Shown here piece after piece: positions 29,965 to 44,123 of a DNA stretch of 64,000 nucleotides. Position numbers and translations under genes: made by a program. Each line of letters begins with the position of its first letter. The stretch's first letter is position 1. This stretch comes from an uncultured Pseudomonadota bacterium (GTDB lineage Bacteria; Myxococcota_A; Polyangia; Fen-1088): the NCBI GenBank assembly GCA_963847705.1, contig CAWKBC010000027.1, positions 576,001 to 640,000 on the forward strand, read 5' to 3'. The notes under the pieces are model-generated. The model saw only the letters and a program-made list of their open reading frames with translations, had not been told where the DNA came from and made no database searches.

Positions 29965-30756
29965 ATGGAAGTCATCGTGGTCGCGACCGCCGAGGCCGCC
30001 TGCCTGCGCGCGGCGCGGATCGTCGGGCGTCTCCTGCGCGCCAAACCCGACGCGGCGCTGGCCCTCCCGACCGGGAGCACGCCGCGCGCGATCTACGCGG
30101 AGCTGGTGCGCCAGCACCGCGACGAGGGGCTCTCCTTCGCGCGCGTCACGGCCTTCAACCTCGACGAGTACGTCGGGATCAGGCCCGATCACCCCGGCAG
30201 CTTTCGGCGGGCGATGCACGACACGCTCTATCGATACGTCGATCTGCCGCCCGAGCGTGCGCACGCGCCCGACGGGCAGGCGGCCGACCTCGCCGCGGCC
30301 TGCGCGCGCTACGAGGCGGCGATCGCGGCGGCGGGCGGCCTGGAGCTCGCGCTGCTCGGCCTGGGGACCGACGGACACATCGCCTTCAACGAGCCGACGT
30401 CGTCGTTCGGCTCACGCACGCGCCTCAAGACCCTCACGGACGAAACACGGGCGGCCAATCAATCGGCCTTTGCGGCCTTCGGCGCCGAGCCGGTTCCCCA
30501 TCATGCGCTCACCGTCGGCATCGCCACGATTCTCTCGGCGCGGCGTTGCCTGCTGGTGGCGTTCGGCGCCGCCAAGGCGGCGGCGGTGGCCAAGATGGTG
30601 GAAGGGCCGCTGGCCGCGCTGGTCCCCGCCTCTGCGCTCCAGTTGCACCCGCACGCCACCGTGATCGTGGACGAGGCGGCCGCCGAGGGGCTCGCGCTGC
30701 GCAGCTACTACGACGCCGTCGCGGCCGCCAAGCCGGCCTGGCAACGCGAAGACTGA
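29965..30756 (+). CDS. nagB: Glucosamine-6-phosphate deaminase
   Basis: LPTGSTP, FNLDEYVG, GHIAFNEP, PASALQLH. Confidence 0.93.
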   Translation: MEVIVVATAEAACLRAARIVGRLLRAKPDAALALPTGSTPRAIYAELVRQHRDEGLSFARVTAFNLDEYVGIRPDHPGSFRRAMHDTLYRYVDLPPERAHAPDGQAADLAAACARYEAAIAAAGGLELALLGLGTDGHIAFNEPTSSFGSRTRLKTLTDETRAANQSAFAAFGAEPVPHHALTVGIATILSARRCLLVAFGAAKAAAVAKMVEGPLAALVPASALQLHPHATVIVDEAAAEGLALRSYYDAVAAAKPAWQRED

Positions 30757-30827
30757 CCGAGACCGGCGAGGTCTGCTTGACAGGCTTTGCGGCGGGTGGT
30801 TGAAGCGGGATCGAAGTCTGAAAATTG

Positions 30828-31015
30828 AATAAGCGCCTTCGGTGCCCATCCGGGCATAAAAGGGAAGCCGGTTGAAGTCCGGCGCGGTCCCGCCACTGTA
30901 AGTGGAGGCCGCCCTCGCGAACCCACTCGACCAGGTCGGGGAAGGGGAGGGCAGCCGCGAAGCACGAAGTCTTTTCGCGCTCGCGCTCCACGAGTCAGGA
31001 GACCTACCGAAGGCC
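30828..31015 (+). ncRNA. Cobalamin (AdoCbl) riboswitch
   Basis: GGTGC..AAAAGGGAAGCCGGTTGAAGTCCGGCGCGGTCCCGCCACTGTAA..CCACT..GGGAAGG..AGTCAGGAGACCTACC; lies upstream of Btu-like genes. Confidence 0.93.
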
Positions 31016-31112
31016 GACGCTTTTTTCTCCGCGCGGACGGAGGGTGGTCGTCGGTCTCGTCGTTCGAGGCCGACCCCCGTCCCCTCGTTTGTGCAGAGCG
31101 AGGGGATTTTCC

Positions 31113-32228
31113 ATGCCGTCCGACACGGCGCCCGCGGCGGGGACCGAGACCGGCCGGGCGCCCGCCACCACCGCCGAGATCGAGAGCGCCCGCCGCCGCG
31201 CCGCCCGCGCGCGCCTGGCGGTCGGACTCGGGCTGGCTGTGGTGGTCGCCGGCGCGGTGGTGGTCGCGCTGCTGGTGGGGCCGACGCGGCTGTCGGTCGG
31301 GGAGGTCGTGGGGGCGCTCGGGCGGCGGCTCGCCGGGCGCCAGGCGGCCTCCTGGAGGGACACCGTCGTCGTCTCGGTCCGGTTGCCGCGCGCGCTGGTG
31401 GCGCTGCTGGTCGGCGGCGGGTTCGCGGTGGCCGGCGCGGCGCTGCAGGGGCTCTTTCGCAATCCCCTGGCCGATCCGGGCGTCCTCGGCGTGTCGTCGG
31501 GCGCCTCGCTGGGCGCGGTGGTGGCGATCTCGGCGGGGATCGCCGGCCGCGCGATCTGGACGTTGCCGCTGGCGGCCTTCGTGGGCGCCGCCGCCGACGT
31601 GCTGCTGGTCTTCGCCATCGCGGCGCGGCGCGGGCGGGGGCGGCTCTTCTCGGGGACGTTGCTGCTGGTCGGCGTGGCGGTCGGCGCGCTCAATGTGTCG
31701 CTCACCACCTTCGTGCTGTCGGCGGCGCTGGCGCGCTACGACGCCGGTCGGCAGATCGTCTACTGGCTCTTGGGCGCGCTCGAGGCGCGCACCTGGGATC
31801 ACGTCCTCCTGGGTGCGCCGGCCGTGCTGGTCGGCGTGGCGATCATCGGCGCCCACGCCCGCGCGCTCGACGCGCTCTTGCTGGGCGAGCTGGGGGCCGC
31901 CTCGGTGGGCGTCGACGTGGCGCGGGTGCGGCTGCGCGTCGTGCTGGCGAGCGCGCTGGTGGTCGGCGCGTCGGTGGCGGTCGCCGGGCCGATCGGGTTC
32001 GTCGGGCTGCTGGTGCCGCACCTGATCCGGCTGGTGGTGGGGTCGGCGCATCGCGCGCTCGTGCCGCTCAGCTTTCTGGGCGGCGGCCTGTTCTTGCTGA
32101 TCGCCGACGTGGTGGCGCGGACCCTGCCTGCGCGGGAGATCCCGGTCGGTGTCGTCACCGCCGCGATCGGGGCGCCGGCGTTCCTGATCCTTCTGCTGCG
32201 GCGGCGGACGGTGGGGGCGGTGTCGTGA
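31113..32228 (+). CDS. Cobalamin/iron-chelate ABC permease (BtuC/FecCD family)
   Basis: RLPRAL, QGLFRNPLADPGVLGVSSGA, GPIGFVGLLVPH. Confidence 0.9.
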   Translation: MPSDTAPAAGTETGRAPATTAEIESARRRAARARLAVGLGLAVVVAGAVVVALLVGPTRLSVGEVVGALGRRLAGRQAASWRDTVVVSVRLPRALVALLVGGGFAVAGAALQGLFRNPLADPGVLGVSSGASLGAVVAISAGIAGRAIWTLPLAAFVGAAADVLLVFAIAARRGRGRLFSGTLLLVGVAVGALNVSLTTFVLSAALARYDAGRQIVYWLLGALEARTWDHVLLGAPAVLVGVAIIGAHARALDALLLGELGAASVGVDVARVRLRVVLASALVVGASVAVAGPIGFVGLLVPHLIRLVVGSAHRALVPLSFLGGGLFLLIADVVARTLPAREIPVGVVTAAIGAPAFLILLLRRRTVGAVS

Positions 32229-33046
32229 CCGTGGTGGCCACCGCGCTGGTCGAGGCCGAAGCGGTCGGCTTCGCCTATGGCCGACAGGCGATCTTCGAAG
32301 AGGTCGCGCTGGCGGTTCGCCCTGGCGAGCTGGTGGCGCTGTGTGGCCCGAACGGCGCGGGGAAATCGACGCTGCTGCGCCTCTTGCTGGGGCTGCACGC
32401 GCCGTCGGCGGGGCAGGTGCGCCTCGGTGGCGAGCCGGTGGCCGGGCTGTCGCGCCGGCAGATCGCGCGCCGGGCGGCGCTGCTGCCGCAGGACGCGCCG
32501 GTCGACCTGCCGCTCACCGTGCGTGAGGCGGTGGCGCTCGGCCGGCTGCCCCACCTCGAGCGCTTTCAGCCCGAGGGGGCGGCCGACGCCGAGGCGGTGG
32601 AGCGGGCGCTGGAGGCGACCGACACCGCGGCGCTCGCGGCGCGGCCGGTCGCCGAGCTCTCCGGCGGCGAGCGGCAGCGCGTGCACCTGGCACGGGCTCT
32701 GGCACAAGAGGCGCCGCTGCTGCTGCTCGACGAGCCGATCGCCGGTCTCGATCTCGCCCACCAGCTGCAGGCGCTCGATCTGCTGCGTGCCATCGTCGAC
32801 GCCGGGCGCGGCGCGCTGGTGGCGCTGCACGACCTCTCGCTGGCCGCGCGTCGCTGCGATCGCATGATCCTGCTGGCCGGTGGAAGGATCCGCGCCGACG
32901 ACGCACCCGCCGTGGTGCTGACGCCCGGGACGCTGGCCGAAGTCTTCGGCGTCCGGGCGGAGGTCCGGCTCGACGATGAGGGTCGCCCCTTCGTTTTGCC
33001 GCGCGAGCCACTCCGGGGCGCTCGGCCCGGGGACCGGGCCAGGTGA
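32225..33046 (+). CDS. Cobalamin/iron-chelate ABC ATP-binding protein (BtuD/FepC type)
   Basis: GPNGAGKST, LSGGERQR, LLLDEP; GTGA overlap with the permease. Confidence 0.9.
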   Translation: MTVVATALVEAEAVGFAYGRQAIFEEVALAVRPGELVALCGPNGAGKSTLLRLLLGLHAPSAGQVRLGGEPVAGLSRRQIARRAALLPQDAPVDLPLTVREAVALGRLPHLERFQPEGAADAEAVERALEATDTAALAARPVAELSGGERQRVHLARALAQEAPLLLLDEPIAGLDLAHQLQALDLLRAIVDAGRGALVALHDLSLAARRCDRMILLAGGRIRADDAPAVVLTPGTLAEVFGVRAEVRLDDEGRPFVLPREPLRGARPGDRAR

Positions 33047-35139
33047 GGCGCCTTCCTCGCGCGCCCACCCAGGCCACCGCGCTGGTGGCGCTGGTCCTGG
33101 CCGCGGCGCCAGCGCGCGCTCAAGAGCCGCCGTCGCCACGACCCCGGGACAGCACGACCGTCACCGCGCCGCTGACGGCGCCGGCGACGCCCCGCGAGGA
33201 CACCTCGGCGGCCGCATCGGTGGTCCTTCCCTCCGAGAGCCCGCGCGCGTACGACAATCTGGGGACGCTCCTGCTGGAGGTGCCGGGCGTGGTGGTGGCG
33301 CGCACCGGCTCGACGACGGAGCTGGCCAGCCTGGCCCTGCGCGGCTCGAACCCGGACGAGGTCCTGATCTACGTGGATGGTGTGCCGCTCAACATCGCGG
33401 AGGGCGGGGGTGTCGACATCTCGACCCTGCCTCTGGGCGACGTCGAGCGGGTCGAGGTCTACCGGGGAACGACGCCGCTGGCCTTCGGCGAGGCGGCCCT
33501 GGGCGGCGTCGTGTCGATCACCACCCGCACCCCGGGAGTGCCGCGCCTCCAGGCGCGTGCCGCCGTCGGCTCGTTCGGGACGAGCTTCGGCGACCTCTCG
33601 GCAGGGGGCCGCGTTGGCCGCCTGCGGTTCTATCTGGGCGCGCATGTCTATTCGTCGGAGGGCGACTACCCGTTCGTTTACGCGCCGCGGCCGGCCTTCC
33701 CCGCCGACGAGGTGCGCGCCCTTCGTCAGAACAACGACGCGCTGGAGGGGAACGGCGTGTTGCGCTTGGCCCTCACTTTGAAGGGGCGCCGAACCTTGAG
33801 CTTGGGGCTGATCGGCTTCGGGCGGGACCAGGGGCTGCCGGGGCTCCTCACCCCGGTGAACGCGTCCACCACGGCGCGGTTTCACAGCGGTCGTGGTCTC
33901 GGATACCTGCGCTACGAATCGCGCGACGATCTCGGTCCCGGGGGACGGCTGTCGGCGCAGGCCTTCGTCAGCGTCGAACGCGATCGGGTGATCGATCCCG
34001 CTGGCGACCTGGGGCAGGGCAACCCCCTCGTGGCGCACGAAACGACCGTCTCCGCGGGCGTGACGGCGTATGCCACGCGGCCGCTGGGCGAGTGGGGACG
34101 CGCCACCGCCATCCTCGAGGGGCGAGATGAGACCTACACGCCGGACAACGAGCTCGACCCGACGATGTCGGGCGCCCCGGCCCGGCGGCTGGTTGGAGTC
34201 GCCGGCGGGGAGCTCGACCTGCGCTGGCGCCGTCTGGACCTTCACGTCATTCCCTCGGCCCGTGTCGAGCTGATGAGCGACGTCGTCACCGGAGTGGACA
34301 CCAACGGCTTCCTGGTCCCGCCCGGGCCGGCTGTCTTTCGCGCGCTTCCGATCTATCGCCTGGGGTTGGTCCGTCCGCTGAACGACAGCGCGACCTTCAA
34401 GGGGAACGTCGGCCGTTACGAACGGGCGCCGTCCTTCCTCGAGCTCTACGGCAACGGGAACGATCGTCTCCTGGGAGATCCCGGCCTGCTGCCCGAGCGG
34501 GGGACCAACGCCGATCTCGCGCTATGGCTCGACCGCGCGGGCCCAGCCGGGGCGCTGCTCAGTCGCACCACCGTCTTCGGCGCCCTGACGGACGATCTCA
34601 TCTACTGGCTGCGCAGCTCGGGCGGTCCTTCGCGCGCCGAGAACCTGACCAGGGCGCGCATCTACGGCCTCGAGCAGGAGCTGCGCGCCACGCTCGGTCG
34701 CCACCTGCGCTTCGTCGGGCAGGGGACGATCACGGTGGCGGAAGACCAGAGCGACCTGGCCGCCTCGCACGGCAAGCAGATCGCCTACTACCCGCGCTAT
34801 CTGGCCTACGGCCGCCCCGAGTTGACGCAGGTCCCGCTTCCTGCGGGCCTCGACCTCGGCGCCTATGTCGACGCGGCGCTGTTCGCCGGCGCTTACGCCG
34901 ATTCCGACAACGTGAGACCCGTTCCGGCGCAACTGTTGCTCGGGGCAGGGCTCAGCCTGCTGTGGCCGCGCGGCCGCCTCCGGGCCACGCTCAGCGCGCT
35001 CAACCTGGGCGACCTGCAGACCACCTGGGTCGTCGGCGGCTGGCCGCTTCCAGGGCGCACGCTGTTCTTGGCGCTCGCCTACGACGGGGCGGCGCCCGGC
35101 GAGCTCGGCGCTCAATCCCTGTCGCTGGGGAATCCGTAG
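33043..35139 (+). CDS. TonB-dependent receptor (BtuB-like)
   Basis: Signal peptide; plug motifs LRGSN, YVDGVPLN, VERVEVYRG, GGVVSITT; beta-barrel pattern. Confidence 0.88.
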   Translation: MRRLPRAPTQATALVALVLAAAPARAQEPPSPRPRDSTTVTAPLTAPATPREDTSAAASVVLPSESPRAYDNLGTLLLEVPGVVVARTGSTTELASLALRGSNPDEVLIYVDGVPLNIAEGGGVDISTLPLGDVERVEVYRGTTPLAFGEAALGGVVSITTRTPGVPRLQARAAVGSFGTSFGDLSAGGRVGRLRFYLGAHVYSSEGDYPFVYAPRPAFPADEVRALRQNNDALEGNGVLRLALTLKGRRTLSLGLIGFGRDQGLPGLLTPVNASTTARFHSGRGLGYLRYESRDDLGPGGRLSAQAFVSVERDRVIDPAGDLGQGNPLVAHETTVSAGVTAYATRPLGEWGRATAILEGRDETYTPDNELDPTMSGAPARRLVGVAGGELDLRWRRLDLHVIPSARVELMSDVVTGVDTNGFLVPPGPAVFRALPIYRLGLVRPLNDSATFKGNVGRYERAPSFLELYGNGNDRLLGDPGLLPERGTNADLALWLDRAGPAGALLSRTTVFGALTDDLIYWLRSSGGPSRAENLTRARIYGLEQELRATLGRHLRFVGQGTITVAEDQSDLAASHGKQIAYYPRYLAYGRPELTQVPLPAGLDLGAYVDAALFAGAYADSDNVRPVPAQLLLGAGLSLLWPRGRLRATLSALNLGDLQTTWVVGGWPLPGRTLFLALAYDGAAPGELGAQSLSLGNP

Positions 35140-35148
35140 GAGGACGAG

Positions 35149-36462
35149 ATGCGAGGTTCATGCTGGCTTGGTTTCACCATTCTGGCCACCCTGCTGGCCG
35201 GCCTGACCGCGGGCTGTTCGGACGCCTCCCAGACGGGGCGGCCGCGCGTCGATGCCGCGCCTGACGCGGGCGAAGATGGGGCGGCGGGTCCGGACGGCGA
35301 CGCCGGCGCGGCCGTGCTGGCGCCGCCGCCAGGCAGCGGCCTGGCGTCCGTCAACAACGACACCGGCTTTCAGGCCACCAGCGTCTCGATCCTCGATCCG
35401 AGCGGCGGCGTCCTTCGCCCCGACTGCATCGACTCGAACCCGCCGAACGGCGGCGTCATCCCGCTGATCTCCACGGACGTCGTGCTGCCGTCACAGCCAC
35501 AGCGGGGAGGCAACCTCGTCCTCGTCGATCGGGGGAACGGCCTGCTGACCACCGTTGATCCCGGGACGTGCCAGGTGGTGGAGCAGATCATCGTGCCGGG
35601 GGCGGGAGGGGTGAAGACCAACCCGCACGATCTGGTGACCATCGCCGCTCACAAGGCGTACGTGACGCGCTATCAGCCGAACACCACGGCGACCGACCCC
35701 GCGCAGATGGGAAATGACGTCGCCGTGATCGACCCGACGACCGGAGCGTTCGTCTCGCGCATCGACGTCGACGCTTACGCCTCGACGGTGGCCGGAACGA
35801 CCATCCTGGCGCGCCCCGATCGCGCGCTCATCGCGGGCGGGAAGATCGTCGTCTCGCTCAACGAGGTCGACGCCAGCTACAAGACCTACGGCGATGGCAT
35901 GGTCATCGTGATTGATCCGGCGACCGATACCGTCGTCGCCAGCGTCACGCTGACGGGCCTCAACGACTGTGAAGGGATGGACTACGTCGCCGCAACCCAG
36001 ACGCTGCTGGTGGCCTGCGGAGGGACCTACCTGGCGGCCAACCAGGCCCTGCAATCTGGAATCGCCGTCGTCGATCTGGGCGCCTCTCCGCCTTCGGTCA
36101 CCAACACCATCACGGGAATGGCGTTCGGCGATGAGCCGGTCAACTTCTCCTGGGTCCTGGCGGCGCCGCCCGCGGGCGGAGGGACGCGCGCCTTCGCCGG
36201 GACCAACGATCCCAACCTGGTGGCCCCCGACGTGCTGTTCTCGTTCGACTACCTGCTCGGGACGACGACCCAGGTGACGACCTCGAGTCCGTATTCGATC
36301 GGCCCCTCGGCCGCCACGAGCTCGCTCCTGTTCGTCCCCGAGTTCCTGGGCAGCACCCCGAAGATCCAGCTCTTCGATATCACGGGCACGCCGCAGGCGA
36401 CCACCGCGTTCGCGCCCGACACCGTCAACAACCTCTCGCCGGTGCAGATCGGGTGGTATTGA
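35149..36462 (+). CDS. Lipoprotein with YncE-like beta-propeller repeats (possible BtuG-like B12-capture protein)
   Basis: GGAGGA RBS; lipobox AGC; repeated V.VIDP.T motifs, NPHD, KAYVT. Confidence 0.7.
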   Translation: MRGSCWLGFTILATLLAGLTAGCSDASQTGRPRVDAAPDAGEDGAAGPDGDAGAAVLAPPPGSGLASVNNDTGFQATSVSILDPSGGVLRPDCIDSNPPNGGVIPLISTDVVLPSQPQRGGNLVLVDRGNGLLTTVDPGTCQVVEQIIVPGAGGVKTNPHDLVTIAAHKAYVTRYQPNTTATDPAQMGNDVAVIDPTTGAFVSRIDVDAYASTVAGTTILARPDRALIAGGKIVVSLNEVDASYKTYGDGMVIVIDPATDTVVASVTLTGLNDCEGMDYVAATQTLLVACGGTYLAANQALQSGIAVVDLGASPPSVTNTITGMAFGDEPVNFSWVLAAPPAGGGTRAFAGTNDPNLVAPDVLFSFDYLLGTTTQVTTSSPYSIGPSAATSSLLFVPEFLGSTPKIQLFDITGTPQATTAFAPDTVNNLSPVQIGWY

Positions 36463-37472
36463 GCGCGTCTGCGAAGAACGCCTCGGCGACGGCCGAGCGC
36501 GGCCGGCGGTTGGCGCTCGCGGCCTGCGTCGGCGCGCCGCTGCTGGCCGCCGCCGCGCTGGCGGGGCGGCGCGTGCGCGCGTCGCTGGTCGGCGTCGGCG
36601 CGCTGGCGGACGGTCGGATCGATGCTCCGGGCGACGGCGCTTTCCCGCGGATCTTGCACGGCCCGGCCGGCGAGACCTGGACGCTCTCCCGCCCGCCGCG
36701 CCGGATCGTCTCCACCTACCTCGCCGCCGACGAGATCCTGGCGGCGCTGGTCTCTGCCGATCGCCTGGCCGCCGTCTCGACCTTCGCCGACGATCCGGCG
36801 ATCTCCAGCGTGGCGGGCTTTTATCCCCGGACGCTGCCGCGCGTGCGCGGCGAGGTGGAGGCGATCCTGGCGCTGGAGCCGGATCTCATCTGCGTCGCCG
36901 GCTACTCCGACGCGGACGCGATGCGGCTGGCGGTCGGCGCGGGGCTGCCGATCCTGCGCTGGTCGCGGTTCGAGACCTTCGCCGAGGTCCTGGAGAACGT
37001 TCGAACGATCGGCGCGGCGGTGGGCGCGGACGCCCGGGCGAAGGCGGTCGCGGAGGAGGCCGAGGCCAAGCTGGCGGCGCTGGCGGTTCGCCTGGCCGGC
37101 GTGGCGCGGGTCCGCGTCCTCTACCTCGATCTCCCCAACTTCACCGCCGGGCGCGACACGTTGATCGACGAGATGCTGACCCGCGCCGGCGGCCTCAACG
37201 TCGCGGCGGCGGCCGGGATCGCCGGTGCCGGACAGATCGCCGTCGAGTCGGCGCTGGCGCTCGACGCCGAGGCGATCGTGGTGGCCACGGCGCCCGGCGG
37301 GCGGCCGCCGCTGGAGGTGCTGCGCGCGACGCCGCTCTGGCGGGAGATGCCGGCCGTGCGGGCGGGGCGCGTCTTGTCGATCCCCGCCGCGCTCCCCGGC
37401 GACGTCTCGCAGCGCGCTGCCGACGCGCCCGGCGCCATCGCCCGCCAGCTTCATCCAGAACGCTGGCCGTGA
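36453..37472 (+). CDS. Cobalamin ABC substrate-binding protein (BtuF-like)
   Basis: PRRIVS, EAILALEPDL, AGGLNVA, PAVRAGRV. Confidence 0.85.
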   Translation: MVLSASAKNASATAERGRRLALAACVGAPLLAAAALAGRRVRASLVGVGALADGRIDAPGDGAFPRILHGPAGETWTLSRPPRRIVSTYLAADEILAALVSADRLAAVSTFADDPAISSVAGFYPRTLPRVRGEVEAILALEPDLICVAGYSDADAMRLAVGAGLPILRWSRFETFAEVLENVRTIGAAVGADARAKAVAEEAEAKLAALAVRLAGVARVRVLYLDLPNFTAGRDTLIDEMLTRAGGLNVAAAAGIAGAGQIAVESALALDAEAIVVATAPGGRPPLEVLRATPLWREMPAVRAGRVLSIPAALPGDVSQRAADAPGAIARQLHPERWP

Positions 37473-37502
37473 GGCGGCGGGCCGACGCCGCGCGCGGGCG
37501 GC

Positions 37503-41410
<3,908 letters not shown>

Positions 41411-41411
<1 letters not shown>

Positions 41412-42364
41412 CAGCTGGGTTTCCTCGTCGTCCGGTTGCCGGGTTTGTCCGCGATGGCGCGAACGACCTGAAGGTGCGGCTTTTTGAGCTCGCGCGAGAC
41501 CACCTCGGACGAGGTGACGTCGAGTCCCGCCCGGGTGAGCAGGCCCCGCACGGTGCGCGGCGAAAATCCGGGGTGGCGCTCGCCGTAGCGGGCGGTGACC
41601 TCCGACTGGCGGTGCTCGTCGAGGCAGAGGAGCACGAAGCGGCCGCCCGGTCGCAGGACACGGGCGCACTCGGAGAGGGCGCGGGCCGGATGCTCGGCGT
41701 AGGTCAACGTGTGAAACATGATGGCCGAATCGAACGAGCCGTCACGAAAGGGGAGCGCATGGACGTCGGCCACCTGGGCGCGAACGTTGCCATGTCCTTG
41801 CCGGCCGAGCCGCTCCCGCGCGGCGCCGATCAGCCGCTCGTTGGTGTCGATGCAGGTGAGCGAGCGGCAGAAGGGGACGAGGACGCTGGCGGCGGCGCCG
41901 TCGCCGGAACCGACGTCGAGCACGTCGCCGAGCTGCAGCAGCGGCGCGATCCCGGCGGTGAGCGACTGCCAGGTGCGGCCGGGCGAGTAGTCACGGTCGA
42001 GCTCGTCGACCAGGCGCTGGGGCACCTCGTCCCGGCGCTCGGCCTCCAGCTCCCGCAGGCGCTTCTGGTCCCCCTCGAGCGTCGGATCGCCCGAGCTGGC
42101 GGCCTCGTCGAGGCAGGCCCGCACCGCGGCCGGACACCCGTTGGCCGCCAGGGCATAGAACGACTGCGCCCCTTTTCGGCGGTCAACCACGAACCCCGCC
42201 TCGCGCAGACGCCCGAGGTGGGTCGAGACGCGCGACTGCGCCATGCCGGTGACGCGGACCAGATCGGTCACGCAGAGCTCCCGATCCCGCAGGAGCGCAC
42301 AGAGCCGGATCCGGTTCTCGTCACCGAGCAGGGTCAGCGTGTCGACGTAGTGGGAGAGGCTCAT
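41411..42364 (-). CDS. ArsR-family HTH fused to SAM-dependent methyltransferase domain (SahR/SamR-like regulator)
   Basis: [23 protein letters not shown]; YSPGRTWQ; LDVGSGDG; RVLRPGG; directly upstream of metH. Confidence 0.88.
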
Positions 42365-42400
42365 TCAACCGGCCGGGTGTGGGAGGAGACGGTAATCCTT

Positions 42401-42420
42401 ATATCCAGATAGATAGATAC
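42401..42420. promoter_or_regulatory. Candidate SahR-type operator
   Basis: AT-rich imperfect palindrome ATATC-N10-GATAC about 40 bp upstream of the regulator. Confidence 0.5.
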
Positions 42421-42481
42421 CCGAGGAAGTCGGGTCCGTCAACCGGGGGACGGACGGCCCTGGCCCATAATGGGCGGCGGG

Positions 42482-43159
42482 ATGGAAGAGATGGAGGTCC
42501 TGTTCGTCGACGCGCACCTCGTCGTCGTCAACAAGCCGTCGGGGCTGCTGGTGCACCGAGGGTGGGCCAACGACGACGACGTGGCGATGTTTCGTGTCCG
42601 CGACCTGCTCGGCGCGCACGTCTATCCGGTCCACCGCCTCGACCGGGGCACCAGCGGCGCCCTGGTCTTCGCGCGCACGCGCGAGTCGGCGGCTTCCCTC
42701 AGCGCGCGCTTCGAGTCGCGGCAGGTCGACAAGCGCTACCTGGCGCTGGTGCGGGGCGAGCCCGCTGCCTCCGGCACCATCGACCACCCGATCCCCAGGA
42801 GCGTCGACGAGAGCGCCGGCGCCCCCCGCGTCCCCGCGGTGACGCACTACCAGCTGGTCGCCCGCTCGACCGTCGACCGCTGCTCGCTGGTGCTGGCGAT
42901 CCCGGAGACCGGGCGCGTCCATCAGGTGCGGCGGCACCTGCGCCACCTCGGCCACCCGCTGGTGGGCGACGTCAACTACGGCCGCGGCGAGATCAACCGC
43001 CGCTACCGCGCCGAGTACGGCCTCCACCGGTTGGCGCTCCACGCGCTGGACCTCGCCTTCGATCACCCGGTCACCGGGGCGCGGGTGGCGGTCAGGGCCG
43101 CCATGCCGGACGATCTGGGTCTCGCGCTGGAGCGGCTCGCGCTGCCACGCTCCGTCTAG
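42482..43159 (+). CDS. RNA pseudouridine synthase (TruC/RluA family)
   Basis: NKPSGLLVH, HRLDRGTSG, TGRVHQVRRHL, HPLVGD. Confidence 0.9.
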   Translation: MEEMEVLFVDAHLVVVNKPSGLLVHRGWANDDDVAMFRVRDLLGAHVYPVHRLDRGTSGALVFARTRESAASLSARFESRQVDKRYLALVRGEPAASGTIDHPIPRSVDESAGAPRVPAVTHYQLVARSTVDRCSLVLAIPETGRVHQVRRHLRHLGHPLVGDVNYGRGEINRRYRAEYGLHRLALHALDLAFDHPVTGARVAVRAAMPDDLGLALERLALPRSV

Positions 43160-43245
43160 GCCGCCGATCGGGCGGCACGTCGTCGGGCATGGTTCGCTTC
43201 GCTCACCGTCGCCTTTCGGCGACGCCCTCCCAGGTCGCAGCCCCC

Positions 43246-43809
43246 TTACACCAGATAGAGGCCAAAGATCACGTAGCCGATCCCGATCGCGCCCACCACG
43301 CCGGAGGCGGCCCAGAGCGCCTTGCGCTTGGTGAGCAGACAGACCGAGGCCAGCGCGATGGAGATCTGCAGCAGGGTGATGCCGAGGCCCATCGGCGGGC
43401 CGTGCTTGGCGAAGCCATCGCGCAGCTCCTCGAGGTGCTCGGCCTTGGCCTGAGCCACCTTCTGATCGTTCTTGTAGCGGGCCACATCTTCGGCCGCCAT
43501 CGTGGCCGCGGGGCCGGTGGCGCTGCGGGCCTCCATCTCGGCGATCCGTTGCTTGATGCTCTTGGCCTGGTAGTAGGCCCATTGATCCGAGGCCAGCCCC
43601 TGATTCAGCACGACCTTGGTGCTGAACCCGCCCGCCTTGAGCGACCCGATGCCGGTGGCCACCGCCAGGACCACCACCATCAACGAGACGTACTTGGTCC
43701 AGCTCTCGCGCCGCTCCTTCTCCTTGCCCGAGCGCCGCTCCTCGGCGATCGAGCGGATCAGCTCCTGAATGTCGTTGGTTTGGTTGATCTCTTGGGCGGT
43801 GGGGCTCAT
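43246..43809 (-). CDS. DUF4337 family membrane protein
   Basis: ASDQWAYYQAKSIKQ, LQISIALAS; about 3 TM helices. Confidence 0.78.
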   Translation of the reverse strand: MSPTAQEINQTNDIQELIRSIAEERRSGKEKERRESWTKYVSLMVVVLAVATGIGSLKAGGFSTKVVLNQGLASDQWAYYQAKSIKQRIAEMEARSATGPAATMAAEDVARYKNDQKVAQAKAEHLEELRDGFAKHGPPMGLGITLLQISIALASVCLLTKRKALWAASGVVGAIGIGYVIFGLYLV

Positions 43810-44009
43810 TGATCCTTCTCGGGGTTTCCCTCGGTGGGGAGGCCCTGGTCGAGGTCTTCTTCGGAGGCCGGCGACTCGATCTTGAAGCCGCCGTCCAGCC
43901 ACTTGCCGAGGTCGGCCAGGCGGCAGCGACTGGAACAGAACGGACGGAACGGCCGGGCTTCAGCCGAATCGGCGAGCGCTTTGCGGCAGGTGGGACATCT
44001 CGGTTTCAC
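43806..44009 (-). CDS. yacG: DNA gyrase inhibitor YacG
   Basis: CPTC..RPFCSSRCRLADLGKW. Confidence 0.9.
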   Translation of the reverse strand: MKPRCPTCRKALADSAEARPFRPFCSSRCRLADLGKWLDGGFKIESPASEEDLDQGLPTEGNPEKDQ

Positions 44010-44074
44010 GCGCAGAAGATAGGACGATCGGCGCGGTCTTGCCAACGGGGCAAAGAGCGAAAACCCTTCGGAAA

Positions 44075-44104
44075 TTGACGGAAGTTATTCGGAACTTGTA
44101 CGAT
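44075..44104 (+). promoter_or_regulatory. Putative sigma-70 promoter
   Basis: TTGACG-N18-TACGAT upstream of the MFS gene. Confidence 0.4.
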
Positions 44105-44123
44105 TACCGGTAAGAATCGGAGC

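Noticed and set aside
30902-32224. Apparent 714-aa ABC ATPase fusion
   Set aside because: The upstream part is an off-frame reading of the riboswitch and permease; the real start is GTG 32225
41412-41669. N-terminal extension of MetH
   Set aside because: Off-frame overlap with the ArsR-MTase gene; TGATG coupling supports ATG 41411
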